Origin: an uncultured virus (IMG/VR IMGVR_UViG_3300028888_000072)
Taxonomy: Duplodnaviria; Heunggongvirae; Uroviricota; Caudoviricetes
Virus record (IMG/VR): IMGVR_UViG_3300028888_000072
Span: 62,001 to 120,182 of that record
Length of the DNA: 58,182 nucleotides
Reading direction: 5' to 3' (one strand)
Shown: piece after piece, positions 28,819 through 37,988 of the stretch
Numbering within the stretch: the first letter of the stretch is position 1
Layout of the letters: every line of letters starts with the position of its first letter
The notes under the pieces: model-generated
Database searches by the model: none
Seen by the model: only the letters and a program-made list of their open reading frames with translations
Told to the model about the DNA's origin: nothing
Program-made: the position numbers and the translations under genes

Positions 28819-30142
28819 AATAATTGGTAAATACACATCAGCATTAGTTACTAATAACAATATTGAACAAGAAGCTGTTCAACAAATTCATAGTATTGTT
28901 AATTGTAAGGCTTATGAAGGTTGTAAAATCGTAATTCAACCAGATTCTCACTGTGGAAAGGGGTCAGTCATTGGTTTTTGTTCAACTTTTGGAAAATACA
29001 TTGATCCAAGAACAGTAGGGGTTGATATCGGTTGTGAAATTTCTATGCATCTTTATGATAGACCAATTCCTGAAGATAAGTATGCAGAATTGAATCATAA
29101 GATTCTTAAGGAATGTGGTTGGGGATTTAATTTGTCTCCTAAGAAGATGTATGAAGACAAAGAGCTTTATAAGTTTATGTCTACAGAATTTAGAAAGGCA
29201 AAGTCAAGACATCCAGAAATTTTTGCAGAACTTCCAGATACAGTAACCGAGAAGTGGGTATCTGATATGCTTAATCGTTTAGGAATGGATCCTAAGACAT
29301 GGTATTATTCAATTAATAGCTTTGGTGGAGGTAATCATTATTGTGAATATGATGTTAATGAAGAGAATAATCTTTATGGAATAACTGTTCACTGCGGTTC
29401 TCGTAATTTTGGTGTTAAGGTTTGTAAGTATTGGGAAAACAAGTCAAAAGGCGCAGCTCTTTCAAAATCTGAGATAAAAGAATATACAACAGAATTTAAG
29501 AAGAAGTATATTGAAGAGCATGGAAGAAAAAACATGGAAGGCTTTAAGGATGCTCTTAAAAAATATCTTGATACAAAAACAGAAGGTCATATTGAAGGAT
29601 TTTTAACAGGTGACAATATGCTTGGATATTTTTGTGATATGTACACTGCAAGAACATATGCACGATTCAATCATATTATTCTTCATCGTACAATTGATAA
29701 TATAGTTGCAAAGTATGGATGTAAGATGACTAAGGAAATCATATCCACACATAACTATATTGATTTTGATGAAGATATACCTATTATTCGTAAGGGTGCA
29801 ATTCGTTCATATGCTGGTGAGGAGATTCTTGTACCTTTTAATATGAGAGATGGTGTTGCAATCTGTGAGGGACTTTCAAATTCAGATTGGTTAAATTCTT
29901 GTGCACACGGAGCCGGCCGAAAGATGTCACGTTCTAAGGCAAAGCAGAATATTTCAATGAAAGAATTTGAAAAGACTATGGAGGGTATTTATTCAACTAC
30001 AGTTTGTAAGGCAACACTTGATGAGTCACCTATGGCTTACAAGGACACAACTGAGATTAAAGACTTGATTACAGAGACATGTAAGATTAAGTTTATGATG
30101 ATTCCTAAGATCAATATTAAAGCTGCAGATGGTGGAGATTGA
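28811..30142 (+). CDS. rtcB: RtcB family 3'-phosphate/2',3'-cyclic phosphate RNA ligase
   Basis: QPDSHCGKG, VGVDIGC, SFGGGNHY, VHCGSRN, HNY, RKGA, SCAHGAGR, LDESPMAYK. Confidence 0.95.
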   Translation: MYKIIGKYTSALVTNNNIEQEAVQQIHSIVNCKAYEGCKIVIQPDSHCGKGSVIGFCSTFGKYIDPRTVGVDIGCEISMHLYDRPIPEDKYAELNHKILKECGWGFNLSPKKMYEDKELYKFMSTEFRKAKSRHPEIFAELPDTVTEKWVSDMLNRLGMDPKTWYYSINSFGGGNHYCEYDVNEENNLYGITVHCGSRNFGVKVCKYWENKSKGAALSKSEIKEYTTEFKKKYIEEHGRKNMEGFKDALKKYLDTKTEGHIEGFLTGDNMLGYFCDMYTARTYARFNHIILHRTIDNIVAKYGCKMTKEIISTHNYIDFDEDIPIIRKGAIRSYAGEEILVPFNMRDGVAICEGLSNSDWLNSCAHGAGRKMSRSKAKQNISMKEFEKTMEGIYSTTVCKATLDESPMAYKDTTEIKDLITETCKIKFMMIPKINIKAADGGD

Positions 30143-30157
30143 TTTTCCGCCATCTTT
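30128..30157 (+). terminator. Rho-independent terminator
   Basis: AGATGGTGGAGA-TTGA-TTTTCCGCCATCT plus short T run. Confidence 0.6.
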
Positions 30158-30190
30158 AAATAATTATTAACATAAATCTATATTAAATAT

Positions 30191-30487
30191 ATGGGAATAT
30201 CTTTAAAACATATTTATTACGTTGATACACAATGCTATATAATTCGTGAGGGTTTTATAGTAGATATTGATTATGGAGATAATCATCATATTGGAATCTA
30301 TAATGAAAATAAACATATAATGGATTATGCTTTAGATAGTCATATATGTACAACATATTTTGAATGTCAAAATATTTTGAAACAAGTTATTAGAGAAAAA
30401 AGAAAGTCAAACTTTAAAGTTATTAATAAACTTAATAATGATAATGAAAATTTATTTGATAAATTAATGACATATGAAAATCGTTAA
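30191..30487 (+). CDS. Hypothetical protein
   Basis: Operon-packed ORF. Confidence 0.6.
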   Translation: MGISLKHIYYVDTQCYIIREGFIVDIDYGDNHHIGIYNENKHIMDYALDSHICTTYFECQNILKQVIREKRKSNFKVINKLNNDNENLFDKLMTYENR

Positions 30488-30779
30488 AATTATATATTCT
30501 TTAATATTAAGTTTATTTGGATGTTTTAAAGATACTAAATATGTTAAGCACCCGTATTATCCTTTACTTAATACAAATGAATATGGATATATTGTTCTAG
30601 AATATAGACGAACATGGAAAAATCCAGATCATTGGGAATATGTTTTAACATATCATAAAAGTGAATGGGAATATGAAATAAAAAAATCAATATCAATATG
30701 TGGTCACCCATTATATGAATTTGAAAACACAATTTATGAAGAAAGCACTGAAGGTTATTCAGATGTAGGTTGGGATTAA
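30474..30779 (+). CDS. Hypothetical protein with possible lipoprotein signal
   Basis: MKIVKIIYSLILSLFGC. Confidence 0.55.
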   Translation: MKIVKIIYSLILSLFGCFKDTKYVKHPYYPLLNTNEYGYIVLEYRRTWKNPDHWEYVLTYHKSEWEYEIKKSISICGHPLYEFENTIYEESTEGYSDVGWD

Positions 30780-30783
30780 GATT

Positions 30784-31119
30784 ATGGAACAGACAAAATA
30801 TTTTTTAGAAAAGAATGGTGAATATAAAGAAATTGTCTTAAATATAGATAATTGGTTTTATGTTCAAATGAATGCTTCTATTAGGTTTGCATTTATGAAG
30901 TATCATATGAAGTTACCTGAGAATGTTATCATTAAAGATTGTAAACATTGGATGTTCATTACAATTATTCGTCCTAATTTGAATTCTTTTGATGAGATAA
31001 TATCTTGGGAAAACAATCAATTATGTGTATTAGATGAACTGGATAATCATGCAGCAGCTAATTCCACAACTGAAGAAGATACTGAAGATTGGGTACAATA
31101 TAAATTTGAAATTATTTAA
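30784..31119 (+). CDS. Hypothetical protein
   Basis: Operon-packed ORF. Confidence 0.6.
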   Translation: MEQTKYFLEKNGEYKEIVLNIDNWFYVQMNASIRFAFMKYHMKLPENVIIKDCKHWMFITIIRPNLNSFDEIISWENNQLCVLDELDNHAAANSTTEEDTEDWVQYKFEII

Positions 31120-31122
31120 GAT

Positions 31123-31428
31123 ATGATATATTATATTTTTTTAGTATGCGTATATTTAGCAATGGGTAGGTTTCTTGGTTTTGAAATCTATAGAAACGAT
31201 TTTATTTATTTACTTATTGATAATAAACTTGTTAAATATGAAAGTAAGCATTATTTTGGTGAAGCAAAAGAATATGAACAAAATATAAGTCCTAAATGGT
31301 TCAGAAATATTTTACGAGTTGTTTCTATTCTTATTTGGCCAATATCATTCTTTATATATTTTTGGTGTTTGGTATTTTGGGTTTGCAGATATTTTACTAT
31401 TGCATTTATTAAATTCTTTACAGATTAA
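31123..31428 (+). CDS. Two-TM membrane protein (WP motif)
   Basis: Hydrophobic N- and C-termini; ILIWPI. Confidence 0.65.
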   Translation: MIYYIFLVCVYLAMGRFLGFEIYRNDFIYLLIDNKLVKYESKHYFGEAKEYEQNISPKWFRNILRVVSILIWPISFFIYFWCLVFWVCRYFTIAFIKFFTD

Positions 31429-31432
31429 AATT

Positions 31433-31460
31433 TTGAATATAATATAAATTTTACTATATT
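31433..31460 (+). promoter_or_regulatory. Putative early promoter TTGAA-N16-CTATATT driving the tRNA-like RNA
   Basis: Exact motif ending 13 nt before the acceptor stem. Confidence 0.7.
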
Positions 31461-31473
31461 TAATTATAACGAT

Positions 31474-31590
31474 GGAGTAGTGGCGCAATGGTAGACGCAC
31501 GGAGGCATCCGATTCGCGGTTCGAGTCCGCAAGTAGGTAGGCATACCGAAACAAAGGAAAAGAATGAAGGTTCGACCCCTTCCTGCTCCA
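31474..31590 (+). ncRNA. Atypical tRNA-like RNA with no anticodon loop and two T-arms
   Basis: Acceptor GGAGTAG/CTGCTCC plus A; D-arm GCG-CAATGGTAGA-CGC; CGGA-GGCA-TCCG; T-arm GCGG-TTCGAGT-CCGC; GGTA-GGCA-TACC; T-arm GAAGG-TTCGACC-CCTTC. Confidence 0.8.
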
Positions 31591-31599
31591 CAAAAATAA

Positions 31600-32019
31600 A
31601 TGAATATGAGTACAGAATACAAAATTATTTTTAGGGGTGCATCATATGAAACACGAGCTATAGAAGTATATCTTCCAAAGTATAAGCATTCACAATGGAT
31701 TGTTAGGCATCCCGTTAGTTCTAAATATCTTTTTGGATTTACATCAGATGAATTCTGGAGATCACATCCTGAATTGAAAAAAGAATTTGATAAAATATGT
31801 CATGATATTGCAATTAAGCATCTTAGTTTTGTTGTAGGATGGGATTTCAGAGAAGAAGGAATAAATGATTATAAATGGTGGAGTTATGCTGTTAAAGAAT
31901 GGAATGATGAAGGATATATTAAATTAACTGATGAGGAATTCAATATTGCATTAAAATCATTTTATAATAAATATACAAGAGAAAAAGGTAAACGTGTTTT
32001 TCAATTTATAGAACAATGA
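31600..32019 (+). CDS. Hypothetical protein
   Basis: Starts 9 nt after the tRNA-like RNA. Confidence 0.65.
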   Translation: MNMSTEYKIIFRGASYETRAIEVYLPKYKHSQWIVRHPVSSKYLFGFTSDEFWRSHPELKKEFDKICHDIAIKHLSFVVGWDFREEGINDYKWWSYAVKEWNDEGYIKLTDEEFNIALKSFYNKYTREKGKRVFQFIEQ

Positions 32020-32459
32020 ATTATACTGGTTTAACTTTCACAATAGTTTTTGCAACTTGTATTATTGTTGCACTTATACAATGTTATCAATGTGAGAAAC
32101 AACATGCAATTGAATATAATGCAAAAAGACCTGAAAATATACCAATTGAACTTAGGGCATATAAAGATACATTTGGAATAACTGATAAAGAATTTATAAG
32201 TGCACTCCCATATTGTTTAGAATATAAAGAAAAGAATAAAGAATATTGGAATTCTATACGAATGTTTCAAGAAACTAATCCATTAGATAAAAATGATAAG
32301 AATACATTATCTAGAATTGCTATTAAAGATAAGGAAGATTTAGAAAAATGGAAATCTAGATTAAAGACTTTAAAAGATATTCAAGATTTCAAAAATAAAC
32401 AGGAAGTTGTAATGAAACTGTGGGAAGAAAAAGAAACTAATAAAAATTGTATATATTAA
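32016..32459 (+). CDS. Hypothetical protein with N-terminal TM/signal segment
   Basis: GLTFTIVFATCIIVALI. Confidence 0.65.
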   Translation: MNYTGLTFTIVFATCIIVALIQCYQCEKQHAIEYNAKRPENIPIELRAYKDTFGITDKEFISALPYCLEYKEKNKEYWNSIRMFQETNPLDKNDKNTLSRIAIKDKEDLEKWKSRLKTLKDIQDFKNKQEVVMKLWEEKETNKNCIY

Positions 32460-33116
32460 ATGAAATATCCTAGAACATATCATTTACCATATTCTCCTGG
32501 GGCTACTAAAGATGATAAGAAGCTCCAGGATGGTTGGTTTAAAAACTATATAGGGCAGGAGATTGTTATAACTGCTAAGCTTGATGGTGAAAACATTCAT
32601 ATGAATCAAAAAGATTGTTATGCAAGATCTGATGGCGCTCCTACACGTTCTCCATGGTCACGAAATATATGGGACCCACAAGAAGGTCTTTATTGGAAAA
32701 TTAAACAGTTTATTGGAGAAGATGAAACTATTTATGGTGAAAATCTTTATGGTGAACATTCAATTCATTATAATAAGTTAACTGATTATTTTCATTTATT
32801 TGCTGTTAATGATAATGTTAATTGGTATTCATGGGATGATGTTAAAATGATGGCAGACATTATGAATATTCCTACTGTTCCTGAATTATGGAGAGGAAGA
32901 ATTTATAATGAAAATGAATTACAGAAATTAGTTGAAAAATATGTGCATGAATCTGAATGGTATGGAGATATACGTGAAGGAGTAGTAGTAAGAAGAACAG
33001 ATTCATTTAAGATTGAAGATTTTTCTAAATATGTTTGCAAGTGGGTACGCAAGGATCATGTGACTACAGATGAGCATTGGACAAAGAATTGGAAGAAAGC
33101 AGAATTAATTAAATGA
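32460..33116 (+). CDS. ATP-dependent RNA ligase (Rnl2-like adenylation domain, KYPRT family)
   Basis: KYPRTYHLPYSPG, motif I KLDGEN, IYGENLY, FHLFAV, REGVVVR, CKWVRKDHV. Confidence 0.9.
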   Translation: MKYPRTYHLPYSPGATKDDKKLQDGWFKNYIGQEIVITAKLDGENIHMNQKDCYARSDGAPTRSPWSRNIWDPQEGLYWKIKQFIGEDETIYGENLYGEHSIHYNKLTDYFHLFAVNDNVNWYSWDDVKMMADIMNIPTVPELWRGRIYNENELQKLVEKYVHESEWYGDIREGVVVRRTDSFKIEDFSKYVCKWVRKDHVTTDEHWTKNWKKAELIK

Positions 33117-33133
33117 ATAAGACGGATTAATTT

Positions 33134-33586
33134 ATGGCAGATAAAAATACAAAATTCAAAGATCTTAAAAAAGGAGACCACTTATATTGGGTTGGAATAG
33201 ATTATAAAAAATTTCAACCTATATTTTGTGAATATGAATTAGTTGATGATATGACATTTACTGGTCCAAATAAATATGAATATGAATGTCATATAATTCC
33301 CATAAATTATAATCCTGAAACTGATTATTGGTGCGGTTCTAAATGGGATGGTACTCCGCAAAGATTTTGGCCAGGTGTTTCTTGGAATGATGTAGGTAAA
33401 GATCATCAAATGACTACATGTTTAGAATATGCAGAAGAATTTTATAAGAAATATTTTGCTATTCCATTTCTGAATCTTGAAAATGAAATTAAAAAACTTC
33501 AAGAAAAAACAAATAAATTGATAAGATTAAAAACATATCATCAAGAACAATTTAAGAATTTTGATTTTTATAAAAAATATGATTAA
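33134..33586 (+). CDS. Hypothetical protein (DLxxGDxxY family)
   Basis: FKDLKKGDHLYWVG; C-terminal coiled coil. Confidence 0.65.
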   Translation: MADKNTKFKDLKKGDHLYWVGIDYKKFQPIFCEYELVDDMTFTGPNKYEYECHIIPINYNPETDYWCGSKWDGTPQRFWPGVSWNDVGKDHQMTTCLEYAEEFYKKYFAIPFLNLENEIKKLQEKTNKLIRLKTYHQEQFKNFDFYKKYD

Positions 33587-33920
33587 GCCTTTTAAAGAAG
33601 TTAATGATCATTGGGAATTTTTTAATTGGGATGAATGGGATTGTGTTCGTCGTAAAATAGGAGAAGACAAATTTGATGAAATTAAAGATGGCCTTTACGA
33701 TATTTTAGAACATGTTTATGGAGTTGGATTTGAAGAAGGATTTATTGATGCGAGACATTGCTGGTATAAATATATTAGCAAAGTTAGAAAAATGGTTATG
33801 AATTTTTTCAAAGGAGTAATGAAAGAAAATAAAGATTCTAGAAAAGACATAATGGATTTTGTATATAAGATTATTGAAATTGATGCACTTGATATAATAA
33901 TGAATAAAGATGAAGATTGA
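33579..33920 (+). CDS. Hypothetical protein
   Basis: ATG at 33579 preferred. Confidence 0.6.
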   Translation: MIKPFKEVNDHWEFFNWDEWDCVRRKIGEDKFDEIKDGLYDILEHVYGVGFEEGFIDARHCWYKYISKVRKMVMNFFKGVMKENKDSRKDIMDFVYKIIEIDALDIIMNKDED

Positions 33921-34404
33921 AGAAAGAATACAAAACATTAAGACATTATTAAAATATTGTCCAGTTGCAACTGATGAAGTAATGATTACTGATGAAGTTT
34001 GTAAAAAATTCTTTGGTAAATTTTTTTCAAGTCAACCTGAAAGATTTAAAAAACCTGAATTTGATGAATGTAGAGTTCAAATAGAATTAATAGATATACT
34101 TGATAAAGATGTTCGGACAAAACATTATACTGTAAGTTTACGATATTGCTATAATTGGGATAGAGAAGGGGAAGATTGGACTTTTTATTATTTTAATGAT
34201 CCAGAATGTTATTATAGAGAATGGCAGCATCCCGAATTAGAATATTCAGAAATTCCAGATAAAATTTGGGAAAGAATACAAAATATTCTTTATGATAAAG
34301 CAACAGAACATATTAACAAAGAATTAGAAGAAGCTAAATCTTCAGTTAAATATTGGGAAAATAAAAGGGAAGAATTTGATAATAAAATTAAATTAAATAA
34401 ATGA
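33910..34404 (+). CDS. Hypothetical protein
   Basis: Operon-packed ORF. Confidence 0.65.
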   Translation: MKIEERIQNIKTLLKYCPVATDEVMITDEVCKKFFGKFFSSQPERFKKPEFDECRVQIELIDILDKDVRTKHYTVSLRYCYNWDREGEDWTFYYFNDPECYYREWQHPELEYSEIPDKIWERIQNILYDKATEHINKELEEAKSSVKYWENKREEFDNKIKLNK

Positions 34405-34775
34405 AACAAGAAAAAGACACATTATTGACTCGTGAAGAGTTTAAGAAGCAAGTATTTGCAAGAACTGATGGGAAGTGTTGTGTCCCAGGATGTTCTTGTA
34501 AAGCTGTTGATGCGCATCATATAATGGATCGTAAACTTTGGAAAGATGGTGGTTATTATATTTCAAATGGTGCTGCTCTTTGTGAGAAACATCATCTTGA
34601 TGCTGAGCATGGAATTATAACACCAAAACAATGTTTAGATTATATGGGAATTAAACTTACTGATATTAAAGTTCCTGATACTATTAAAGAAAGATATAAA
34701 AATAAGATTATAAATTTTAAAGATTTTTATATTACATTAATGTTAGATTCATTAATTAATAAATGGGGAGAATAA
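34401..34775 (+). CDS. HNH endonuclease
   Basis: RTDGKCCVPGC...DAHHI...GG...SNGAALCEKHH. Confidence 0.85.
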   Translation: MKQEKDTLLTREEFKKQVFARTDGKCCVPGCSCKAVDAHHIMDRKLWKDGGYYISNGAALCEKHHLDAEHGIITPKQCLDYMGIKLTDIKVPDTIKERYKNKIINFKDFYITLMLDSLINKWGE

Positions 34776-34793
34776 TACTATATTAAATTAAAT

Positions 34794-35120
34794 ATGAAAA
34801 TAACAATTGATAATATACAGGAAGCTAAAAAGATTAATGATAAGATAAGTGTTTACTATTTAGAATCATTATGTATAGATTTAATGGAATTAAATAATGA
34901 ATTAGAAGATCAAAATTTAAATCATAAAAAATTATATATAGATATTCAAGATTATCATAATGAATATTCTCCAGAACGTACAGATCCATGTCCTGATTAT
35001 TATGGAATGTTTTCATTAAGATTCGAAAATGATGATTCTAGAATTGGAGATTTTATTGAAAGATTGGATGATTTAGATACTATAATTTTTACATTAATTG
35101 ATTTTTTTGAACATAGGTAA
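34794..35120 (+). CDS. Hypothetical protein
   Basis: Operon-packed ORF. Confidence 0.6.
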   Translation: MKITIDNIQEAKKINDKISVYYLESLCIDLMELNNELEDQNLNHKKLYIDIQDYHNEYSPERTDPCPDYYGMFSLRFENDDSRIGDFIERLDDLDTIIFTLIDFFEHR

Positions 35121-35122
35121 TT

Positions 35123-35446
35123 ATGACTAAAAAACAGTTAGAAGAGTTAGGTTGGCAGTTTGATGATTTCTGGGCTAATCGAGCATTGTTTTCAAAGAAA
35201 GATGGTGTATTAAATGGATTTGCAATATTTGAGCATAATGGCGAGTGGGGAATTATGGACCCTTATGCAAAAGGATTTGCATTAATATATTGTAATATGT
35301 CTGATGAAGAAATTAAACAATATATTGATTATGTAAATATTTATGAAGATTTAATGGAACACCCGAATAATCATACATTCTTTGAATATTTAAGTCTTGA
35401 AGAAAATCTTCATAAGTTTATTAAAAATATGAAATTTAGAGAATAA
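35123..35446 (+). CDS. Hypothetical protein
   Basis: Operon-packed ORF. Confidence 0.6.
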   Translation: MTKKQLEELGWQFDDFWANRALFSKKDGVLNGFAIFEHNGEWGIMDPYAKGFALIYCNMSDEEIKQYIDYVNIYEDLMEHPNNHTFFEYLSLEENLHKFIKNMKFRE

Positions 35447-35463
35447 ATAAGAATTGGAAGAAA

Positions 35464-35694
35464 ATGAATAAAGAATTAATTATTAAAGAAATATGGGAGA
35501 CAAACAATAAATCAATGATTATTGATTATATGGATAAATTTGCACATCAACAAGCAGGAATTGAACAAATGCAAGATGATTATGCACGAGTTAAAGAATG
35601 CTTAGAAATGAATAATATTATTCTCCCAAAAGATATATCTATTGAAGATTTACTTACATATAAATTTGATTTTAATGATGTTATTGTTGTTTAA
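35464..35694 (+). CDS. Hypothetical protein
   Basis: Operon-packed ORF. Confidence 0.6.
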   Translation: MNKELIIKEIWETNNKSMIIDYMDKFAHQQAGIEQMQDDYARVKECLEMNNIILPKDISIEDLLTYKFDFNDVIVV

Positions 35695-35708
35695 ATAAAT
35701 TAAATATT

Positions 35709-36044
35709 ATGAATAAAGAAATATTAAACAAAATACAAGATGAACAAGATTATCCTGTAAGAGTTACTTTTGATGTAGTTTGTGATTCTAATACAAGTAT
35801 GGGAGAAGGAGAATCTATTAAAGAACGTATATTGGATTACGTAAATCAATGTGCTGACGCAATGGATGACTCTATGCGTCATTGGGGAGATCATGAACAT
35901 TGTATTGAACCAGTAAGTATTAAATTATATACAGCAATAGAATCTGGTGAGGATGATGAAGGTATTGAATTAATTAATGATTTAGATCCTTATTGGAATA
36001 ATGAAGCAGAACAATATGATATTAATAAAATAGAATCAATATGA
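35709..36044 (+). CDS. Hypothetical protein
   Basis: Operon-packed ORF. Confidence 0.6.
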   Translation: MNKEILNKIQDEQDYPVRVTFDVVCDSNTSMGEGESIKERILDYVNQCADAMDDSMRHWGDHEHCIEPVSIKLYTAIESGEDDEGIELINDLDPYWNNEAEQYDINKIESI

Positions 36045-36316
36045 ACGGAGTTAAACTAATTGAACAAGAACGTAATCGTCAGATAACTGAAGAAGGTTAT
36101 GATTATGAACATGATAGACAAGAATCTTTAGAAGATTTACTTAGAGCAGCAGTATGCTATACTAAGGTAAATTATGAAGATATTACAATTGATGATTGGC
36201 CTAAGTCTTGGGATTACACATATTGGAAGCCAACAGTAACATTAAGAAATCTTCAAAAGGCTGGTGCTTTAATAGCAGCAGCAATTGATAAATATTTAGA
36301 CGAAAATCATTTTTAA
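36041..36316 (+). CDS. Conserved phage protein (ERxRQ...EHD...WP..W...WKP...LxKAGAL family)
   Basis: Recognisable widespread phage motif set; function unknown. Confidence 0.7.
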   Translation: MNGVKLIEQERNRQITEEGYDYEHDRQESLEDLLRAAVCYTKVNYEDITIDDWPKSWDYTYWKPTVTLRNLQKAGALIAAAIDKYLDENHF

Positions 36317-36317
36317 T

Positions 36318-36863
36318 ATGACAAAAGAAGAACTTTTAAAAGAAGTCTGGGAGTCTTGTACATTTGATGAAATCATTAATTCAGGATTAGAATATAATGC
36401 ATGTAGTTCATCCGATATTATTAATGCTGCATCAGAATATGATAATCCTGATAAAGAATATGATATTGAAGATATTGTTAAGGAATGTAATTTAGATGAT
36501 ATATGTAATGCACTTCAAATAGAATATGATCTTAACGATATAATTGATGAATTTGGATTAGATAATGTATTAAGTGTAATAGATAATGACGAAATACTTG
36601 AATATTTAAAAGACACTTATACATTAGAATCATATATTGATAGAGTAAAGGAAGAATATTACTTTGATATATATAATGATATTAAATCAGAATGGGATTG
36701 TGAATCTAAAGAAATATTGGAAGGAGTATTACCTGATACTGGGGATGACTGGAGAGAGTTCTTATGTGATTATTACATAAATTGTAGTTATTATGATAAT
36801 GAAAATTTTAATAGTGGATTGCAAAATATACTTGATAAAATAAGTAAATCATCTTATGCGTAA
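36318..36863 (+). CDS. Acidic hypothetical protein with short D-D/E-I repeats
   Basis: Periodic xDDI/xDEI motifs. Confidence 0.65.
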   Translation: MTKEELLKEVWESCTFDEIINSGLEYNACSSSDIINAASEYDNPDKEYDIEDIVKECNLDDICNALQIEYDLNDIIDEFGLDNVLSVIDNDEILEYLKDTYTLESYIDRVKEEYYFDIYNDIKSEWDCESKEILEGVLPDTGDDWREFLCDYYINCSYYDNENFNSGLQNILDKISKSSYA

Positions 36864-37140
36864 TTTTTTATTTTCAATTTTATTTACTATATTAATATTA
36901 ATAAGTTGTGATAAACCAAATAGTATAATATATAATGTAGATAATCCAAATTATAGAACTATTGTATTGGTTTATTATGGAAGATCAATTACTGAATATG
37001 TTTTATATTCAAATGATAGTATTTATTCATGTTCTTTTCAGGGTACAAACTTTTTATTAGAAAAAAATAATGAACATGAAATTTTATCTACAACTGCACC
37101 AATTAGAGTTCTTAACATTAAAAAAATAAATTATGAGTGA
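36856..37140 (+). CDS. Putative lipoprotein
   Basis: MRNFLFSILFTILILIS-C lipobox. Confidence 0.65.
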   Translation: MRNFLFSILFTILILISCDKPNSIIYNVDNPNYRTIVLVYYGRSITEYVLYSNDSIYSCSFQGTNFLLEKNNEHEILSTTAPIRVLNIKKINYE

Positions 37141-37612
37141 TAGAGAAAAATATATTGATAAGAAAATCAAGGAGCTTCAAGATAACTTGAAACTTTCTTT
37201 TAAAATGACGGAAGAAGTTATTGATATATCTTATCGTCAAGCAGTTAATGACATTCAGAATTTTGAAAAATCTAATAATGAATCAAAAAAGAATGTTCAA
37301 AAGAAACCATGGTCAGAACCATCAACAAAAATAAATACAATAGATTTTCAAGAAAAACTTGATGAATATTTAAAAAATAAAGATGATTTTGAAAAATTTT
37401 TGGCTGCAAAAAATAAGCTACAAGACGGACGTCAGAAACGTTTCGGACCTAAATCAGATACTAAAGCACTTAATGAAGTCATAAAGAATGCTAAATTGGA
37501 AATCTATAAAAATGTTATAGAACGAATGGAGGTTTCTCGTGATTTATATACAGTGTATGACTATTGCCGTAAGGAGGTAGAAAAAATAAATAATGATTTT
37601 GATGATATATGA
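37133..37612 (+). CDS. Hypothetical protein
   Basis: Operon-packed ORF. Confidence 0.6.
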   Translation: MSDREKYIDKKIKELQDNLKLSFKMTEEVIDISYRQAVNDIQNFEKSNNESKKNVQKKPWSEPSTKINTIDFQEKLDEYLKNKDDFEKFLAAKNKLQDGRQKRFGPKSDTKALNEVIKNAKLEIYKNVIERMEVSRDLYTVYDYCRKEVEKINNDFDDI

Positions 37613-37980
37613 ACATAATACAATATGATGATTGGAAATGCGCTACTGGAGAAGGATGGATTCCTTTGATTAATGAAGCTATAGATTTGGTTAATAAATT
37701 CAATGAAGAACATCCAAATCTTGAATTTCCTGCTCATATAGTAGATGTTAAAGAAAAATGGGGTATTCTTCAAATTGATTTAGATTTCTATTATAAAGAT
37801 CTCCAAGAACAAATACTTAGGATATGTTTACGTTCTAGAAATATTTGTGAATATTGTGGTACATCAGAAAATGTAAAGACTTTATCTGTACGTGGTTGGG
37901 CAAAAACTTTATGTCCTAAATGTAAAGAAGATGAAGAAAAAGAATTTGATAATTTTATTAATAAAATAAATAAAAATTAA
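37609..37980 (+). CDS. Conserved phage protein with C-terminal zinc finger
   Basis: GEGWIPLI...VKEKWG...ICEYCG...GWAKTLCPKC. Confidence 0.7.
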   Translation: MNIIQYDDWKCATGEGWIPLINEAIDLVNKFNEEHPNLEFPAHIVDVKEKWGILQIDLDFYYKDLQEQILRICLRSRNICEYCGTSENVKTLSVRGWAKTLCPKCKEDEEKEFDNFINKINKN

Positions 37981-37988
37981 TATATTAA

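Noticed and set aside
31474..31590. Calling it tRNA-Cys (GCA), a standard tRNA, tmRNA or a Y RNA
   Set aside because: The GGCA loops are 4 nt with no U33; it is too short for tmRNA and has no G3-U70 pair or tag ORF; the topology is not the permuted YrlA type and no Ro60/TROVE gene was seen in the window.
31345..31593. Minus-strand 82-aa ORF
   Set aside because: Antisense to the tRNA-like RNA and its promoter; the 'GSNL/DSNR' text is the typical translation of reverse-complemented T-loops.
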